NCBI GenBank assembly: GCA_964016885.1
Contig: OZ024746.1
Coordinates: forward strand, 31,868,001 to 31,932,000
Length of the DNA stretch: 64,000 bases
Source of the DNA: Eledone cirrhosa
Taxonomy: Eukaryota
Reading direction: 5' to 3'
Each line of letters starts with the position of its first letter. Position 1 is the stretch's first letter. Positions 56,883-64,000 of the stretch are shown here, piece by piece. Position numbers and translations under genes: made by a program. The notes beneath the pieces were generated by a model. The model was not told where the DNA came from and ran no database searches. It saw only the letters and a program-made list of their open reading frames with translations.

Positions 56883-57476
56883 TACCTATCTTCCGGCCTC
56901 TCTAGAGAATCGTAAAAGCACATATCGTTATATGCTTTTTCTATGAAAATTAGTAGTGGGCAGACTAATTTGCATAGAGCGTGAGTACGTACCGGTTCAA
57001 CGGAGACGATAAAAACAAATAACGAAACGAAATTAAATTTCGTTTCGTTTGTAACTCACTTTTGTATGACTGACGCTTAAACAATTAAGTTAAAAAAATG
57101 TACATCCACATATGTATACTGAAATACTAGTATGCATATGATTACACACACGTATACATATGTAGATGTACCGAGTTTTTCACTGGTCACTTTACTGTGA
57201 GTGTCCAGCTATTCTGTATGTAAACACACAGACAAACCGGTTTTTAGAGTCATACTGGTTTTTTTTTAACTTAATTGTTTAAGCGTCAGTCATACAAAAG
57301 TGAGTTACAAACGAAACGAAATTTAATTTCGTTTCGTTATTTGTTTTTATCGTCTCCGTTGAACCGGTACGTACTCACGCTCTATGCAAATTAGTCTGCC
57401 CACTACTAATTTTCATAGAAAAAGCATATAACGATATGTGCTTTTACGATTCTCTAGAGAGGCCGGAAGATAGGTA

Positions 57477-57521
57477 AATATTGCTGATGAGATGTAACAA
57501 CATCGAAACTAGTTCAATATT
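57477..57521 (+). ncRNA. Minimal type I hammerhead ribozyme, identical inverted copy
   Basis: Same as 56838-56882. Confidence 0.88.
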
Positions 57522-57739
57522 CCTTGTCTGGCTTTCTGGAGAATAGAGGAAAGGTGTTTCCTAAAAAAACCAGTATGACTCTAAAAACCGGTTTGTCTGT
57601 GTGTTTACATACAGAATAGCTGGACACTCACAGTAAAGTGACCAGTGAAAAACTCGGTACATCTACATATGTATGCGTGTGTGTAATCATATGCATACTA
57701 GTATTTCAGTATACATATGTGGATGTACATTTTTTTAAC

Positions 57740-57785
<46 letters not shown>

Positions 57786-57839
57786 ATACATATATATATA
57801 TACACATATATATACACATATATATATATATACATATAT

Positions 57840-57926
<87 letters not shown>

Positions 57927-58132
57927 CATATATATATATATGAGTATTTAATACAATAACAGAGATAGTTTAGAGCTAAACTCTGACTGGTAACCATCTC
58001 ACTCAACAAACATTAGGTTATATTAAAATATAAACCCAATTTAAGTGTTTGGGGTGCTAACAATATGTATAATGTGGAAAAACCAGTCGTATTATTTTAT
58101 GAGATATAATTAAAGTTAAAGTATATCTCTCT

Positions 58133-58258
58133 TTCCAAACAATTGTTTCATTATAAGTTTTCTACAAGTTTGGGAGAATGTTTCCAGTTTATGTAGAAGC
58201 CTAATATATATTCATGTAAGAATATATTTAGGTGGGCACTTATAAATCATCAGTGGAA
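58133..58258 (-). ncRNA. Type I hammerhead with branched stem II, homolog of 23088-23211
   Basis: ttcca-CTGATGA-tttataagt[two hairpins]acttataat-GAAAC-AATT-GTT-tggaa. Confidence 0.75.
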
Positions 58259-58748
58259 GCCCGTTAAACATTGATATAAGAAAACAATTTCTTACCGCTG
58301 TCAAAAATCATGTCCGTAAAGTTGCTCTCTCTCGCCTCGAATGACCGCCAAATTTGAAATTCCAGCAGTTCTTGACTGAGGAAGTATCATAGCGACACGA
58401 GGCGGGAAGGGGAGACAACCCACGATCCATGAAATGAGGAAAAAAAATAATATACACGCGGGTTAATTAGTTTTTTTGAAAACATTATCAATCCAACGTG
58501 TTTAAGAACTCAATTGAAAATAAAAAAATAAATATATGCTTGTATAAATTACACACGCATATAGATATTTTCTTAGGCTAAATCAGAAGTTGTACCCGAA
58601 TAAGAACCGCTTCTCATAACCGCAGTAAATGCAGAAAGTTATGCTATAAAGGGCAAATGGGAATATAATTCTCCGGCCGAATTATTAAGAGTAAAATATA
58701 AAACACACGCGGGTTAATTAGTTATTTCAAAACCAATATTAATTCCTC

Positions 58749-58924
<176 letters not shown>

Positions 58925-59036
58925 GTATATATATATATGTATACATATATATATGTATATATATATATGTATATATACATATATATATACATATATATAT
59001 ATATATACATATATATATACATACATATATATATAC

Positions 59037-59101
<65 letters not shown>

Positions 59102-59342
59102 CATATATATATATACATATATATATATACATATATATATATACATATATATATATACATATATATATATACATATATATATACATATATATATATACAT
59201 ATATATATATACATATATATATATACATATATATATATAAATATATATATATATACATATATATATATACATATATATATATACATATATATATATATAC
59301 ATACATATATATATATACATATATATATACATATATATATAC

Positions 59343-59373
<31 letters not shown>

Positions 59374-59398
59374 CATATATATATACATATATATATAC

Positions 59399-59431
<33 letters not shown>

Positions 59432-59468
59432 CATATATATACATATATATACATATATATATATATAC

Positions 59469-59537
<69 letters not shown>

Positions 59538-59672
59538 CATATATATATATACATATATATATATACATATATATATATACATATATATATATACATATAT
59601 ATATATACATATATATATATACATATATATACATATATATATATATACATATATATATATACATATATATAC

Positions 59673-59729
<57 letters not shown>

Positions 59730-59790
59730 CATATATATATATATACATACATATATATATACATATATATATATACATATATATATATAC

Positions 59791-59912
<122 letters not shown>

Positions 59913-59968
59913 TTATATTCATATATATATATATACATATTTATATATATACATATATATATATATAC

Positions 59969-60001
<33 letters not shown>

Positions 60002-60516
60002 CATATGAGGAAAAACCACAGACCCTCCATCTCAACTCTACCTTTGAACTGCGAAACCGGTAAAGGAACCAAATATATTTATATATTTAAAAAAAAAAAT
60101 AAGACTCCAGTTGTATTTTCGATTTCATCTTTTTTTCTTTATACTTTCACTCGTGTAGGACACCTCGGTTATTTTTCATTTTGTAAAAAAAACCTCACTT
60201 TCTAATACACATATATATATATACATATATATATACATATATATATATACATATATATATATATTTACATATATATACATATATATATATATACATATAT
60301 ATATACATATATATATACACATATATATATACATATATATATACATATATATATACACATATATATATATACATATATATATACACATATATATATATAC
60401 ACATATATATATATACATATATATATATACATATATATATATACATATATATATATACATATATATATACATATATATATACATATATATATACATACAT
60501 ATATACATATATATAT

Positions 60517-60561
<45 letters not shown>

Positions 60562-60562
60562 C

Positions 60563-60593
<31 letters not shown>

Positions 60594-60615
60594 CATATAT
60601 ATACATATATATACA

Positions 60616-60651
<36 letters not shown>

Positions 60652-60671
60652 CATATATATACATATATATA

Positions 60672-62838
60672 TTCAGCAGAATCGGCGAGAGTAACCGATC
60701 CAGGGACCTAACAAACTGCATAATAGGTAGTATGGATATTGTGTCCCTGTATCCATCTATTGACGTGGATTTTGCTGTGGAGAAATGAGTAGAAATGATC
60801 AGTGAGACCAATGTTGAATTCCGTGGGATTGATATCAGTGAGCTGGGACTCCTACTTAAACTTACCTATAGTAATAATTATCTAGATACATATGGCCTTA
60901 GCAACCTGTGCCCTACAATACCAGCAAGAGGCAGACCACCTACCATTACCGCAATCGCCAAGAAAACCCACACAGATAGATGGAACGGGTGGATCAGAGC
61001 CATACGGACCCCCGAAAACCACAATGAACTAAAGAAAATGATTGCACATGCGGTGGGGGCCAGCATAAAATTAACCCTTAAGGAACATATGTTCAAATTT
61101 AATGGAAAAACATATGCCCAAGAGGTGGGAGCAGCCATTGGTGTTAGCATTGCAGGCGATATAGCTAACCTATTCGTGGTATGGTGGGACAGTAGACTTA
61201 AACTTAAACTTAAAGAACAATTAGAAGACCCCTTAACCCTGATAATGTACTCCCGCTACAATGATGATATAAACATCGTAGTTATAACACCCCACTAGAG
61301 AACAGTCAGGAATTAGAGAAAAGCACAATGGAAAGCATCCAGCAAATAGCTAACTCCATCCACCAGAGTATTAGAGTTACTGTAGACTACCCAAGCAAAC
61401 ACCCCAACCATCGATTACCTGTACTAGATACAGAGCTCTGGTTAGATACCATTAATAACAAAAAACAAATCCTCCATTCCCATTATGCCAAACCCATGAC
61501 TTCCAAATATCTGATCCACCGAAACTCAGCTGTTTCGGACCATACCAAAATCAACATACTGATTGCGGATTTGGTACGGGTGATGAGAAACGTGTCCCGC
61601 ATGTGCAACCCCGAAGAACTAGAGAGACACATACAACACTTCATCCACCGTATGCAGTTCTCTGGTTACAATCAGAGAGATAAAATCAGAGTATATAGAG
61701 GAGCCAGAACCAAATGGGAAAAAATGGGAAATAATGACACAAATGTGACCTGCCCCTTGTATAGGAGCAAATTTTGGAATAGAATAGAAAGAACTAGGAA
61801 TAAGGCTAATAGAATAAACTCATGGTATGATAGCAATAAATACCAGAGTGTAATGGTCATCGATACAACTCCTAGAGGTGAATTAGCTTACAAATTTAGA
61901 AGGGCCCTAGATAAACATAAACTCAATATTAAGATAGTAGAAAGACCAGGTACCTCCGTAAAAACACTTATTAGCAAGACATACCCTTTTCAAAGACCTC
62001 CCTGTATAGATAAGAAATGTATAATCTGTAAATTAAGCCCCCATATTAACTGTAAAACTAGAAATGTAGTATATAGCATAAGATGTACTGAAAGACAATG
62101 TAGAGATAAAAATATAGTGTACATAGGTGAGACAGCTCGTAGTATAGGGGAACGGATAAATGAACACTGGCGAGACCTTCAAGATAGTAAAGAATTATCT
62201 GTACTTACCAACATGCTAAAATAGAACATAAGGGTAAATTAGAGAACATAGAAATAAAAATAGAATCTACACACAGAAAAGAAGCAATGTTTAGACAAAT
62301 CACAGAGGCAATAAACATAAATGAACTCCAACCAAAATTAAATAGAAAACATGAGTGGAACAGCAACATCACAACTTACAATTAAGGACATAATGAAAAC
62401 ACACATGCACATAGAACAAACAACCAACCAGTAACATGTAAATAAACAAATAAATAAACGAATATAAACACATAGACACCCGGATGTGGCGCATGCGCAG
62501 ACTGAGCACACAGCACACACACAGAAACAAGATGGCGTCGGACAGAACAAAGGAGAGGCACAAAAACAAAGAAAAGAATCCCCAGTCACTGAAGAGGTCA
62601 CAGAATGTGTGACGAAAGAACTTTGACAATATATAAACAACCATCTGGTTGTGGAACCAACCAACGAACCGGAAATTTATAAATTCCTAAATTTATAAAT
62701 TTATTATAATAAATTGAAGTGAAAGTAACTGGTGCGTGTGTTTCTTATTGGCAACATGACCCTCCCAAAGTATAACAATATCGGTTTCAACACACGTTTT
62801 CAGATAAAGAATCTTGCTAAACAAATTCAGAAACGAAA
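60672..62838 (+). mobile_element. Second Penelope-like element (5'-truncated RT + GIY-YIG + 3' pLTR), related subfamily, flanked by (TA)n
   Basis: [41 protein letters not shown]; pLTR 62459-62838 matches 3340-3704. Confidence 0.95.
62585..62627 (+). ncRNA. Minimal hammerhead in the Penelope pLTR
   Basis: Identical to 3467-3509. Confidence 0.7.
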
Positions 62839-63344
62839 TATGTATATATATTTATATATATACTCTGTATATATATATATATATATATATACATATATAC
62901 CGAATATATACATATATACTCTATGTATATATATATATATATATGTATACACAAACACACTCATACACACACATACACACATATATATATAGTTAAATGA
63001 AATAAACAAAACACAGGAGGCAATTTTTTCACAGTTATATTAGTTTCACGCTTGCATATACCTACATACATAAACATTGAAATGGTGACTAGGTTCGGTC
63101 TGGTGGTTACACAGCGCCCCTGTGTTCAATTTCCTGTGTAAAAATGTCTCCACACAGTCTTTATAGGAATTCCTTGGCCTTTTTTATGGATGAGGGTGGT
63201 GTTGCCGTGGGGGGGGGGGGGTATGGTAATGCGGGGGCTACTGAAAAGGGAGTATGTATGTGGTAGGGTGTTATGTAGGGTAATACTAAAATGTCGCCTA
63301 GATACGTCTGAGGAACATTTCAAATAATTCCTGAAAGACACATC

Positions 63345-63411
63345 TTGAAGATGTCGGTGTTTTTGTTGTTGGTCTTGATTTGTTGTTGTTGATGTTGTTG
63401 TTGGTCTTGAT

Positions 63412-63447
<36 letters not shown>

Positions 63448-63563
63448 GTCTTGATTTGTTGTTGTTGATGTTGTTGTTGGTCTTGATTTGTTGTTGTTGA
63501 TGTTGTTGTTGGTCTTGATTTGTTGTTGTTGATGTTGTTGTTGGTCTTGATTTGTTGTTGTTT
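63345..63563. repeat. ~32-bp minisatellite
   Basis: tgttgttggtcttgatttgttgttgttgatgt units. Confidence 0.9.
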
Positions 63564-64000
63564 ACGCTAGACCCGTTATAATTGAAGTACTAGGTTGTGT
63601 TGATGTAGTTGTTGTTGATAGTAGTGGTGGTAGCGGTAATGTTTGTTGTTGATGTTGCTGCTTTTGTAGGTGATGTTTGTTGTTGTTTAACCTCAGGTCA
63701 GCTGTGATCAAAGTACTGGCGTTGTTGTTTAACTCCAGGTCAGCTGTGATCGGGGTACTAGTGTTTAACCCCCATGTATCAGGTTATCTTGGAAAGTTAT
63801 TGGGTATACACTGAGTCCCTATCCCAGGAGAGAATTGTTTCGCATCTATTTAACATAATCTTAAACCCAAAGCTAAATACTGAACCTTAAATATTCCTCT
63901 AGAACTATGGGGTATTTACATAGATGTCTCCACGGGACCAGAAAGATAAGGAAGAAGATGCTTATCCACAAAATCTGCCATATTAAGTTGACGAAATAAA

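Larger units (their letters stand above)
56541..57743. mobile_element. 469-bp hammerhead-bearing monomer: ~1.55 units on the minus strand fused to 1 inverted unit on the plus strand (retrozyme/pLTR-like)
   Basis: Period 469 in both arms (56541/57010; 57268/57737); inversion junction in T-run 57259-57267. Confidence 0.88.

Noticed and set aside
60786-60788. In-frame TGA aligned with Cys of the other Penelope copy (VEK*VEM vs VEKCVEM), possibly selenocysteine as in Naiad PLEs
   Set aside because: Single codon in a copy with other lesions (TAG, frameshifts); the endonuclease is C-terminal, unlike Naiads; no SECIS recognised. A family consensus with TGA would reopen this.
63300-63350. CTGAGGA...GAAA as a hammerhead (similar cases at 27670-27715 and 29780)
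   Set aside because: Stems I-III cannot be formed consistently.

Overview
AT-rich animal genomic DNA with many microsatellites. The SINE families and (TA)n density resemble an octopod cephalopod (inference from repeat style; no search was run). Contents: (1) the last 12 exons (4676-20696, +) of a large secreted cysteine-rich mucin/zonadhesin-like protein: TILa/EGF, EGF, 2x Ca-EGF, Kazal, follistatin, TSP1, follistatin, cystine knot. (2) A full-length U2 snRNA at 24301. (3) A 2-kb terminal exon (45976-43974, -) of a beta-lactamase/PBP-fold protein whose SxxK serine is replaced by Asn, followed by five polyglycine-hydrolase-type ~50-aa repeats. (4) Many Penelope-like, RTE, L1/Tx1, SINE, MITE and Helitron relics, plus minisatellites. 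Main points of interest: an unusually dense set of type I hammerhead ribozymes, several with palindromic stem III and a large multi-hairpin stem II that covaries between copies; a 469-bp circularly permuted hammerhead-bearing monomer (retrozyme-like) with an octamer motif; an apparently retro-transduced copy of the TSP1 exon lying in sense and in phase upstream of the beta-lactamase-like exon; and minisatellites that amplify splice sites. Most long ORFs in the ORF track are microsatellite or minisatellite artefacts.
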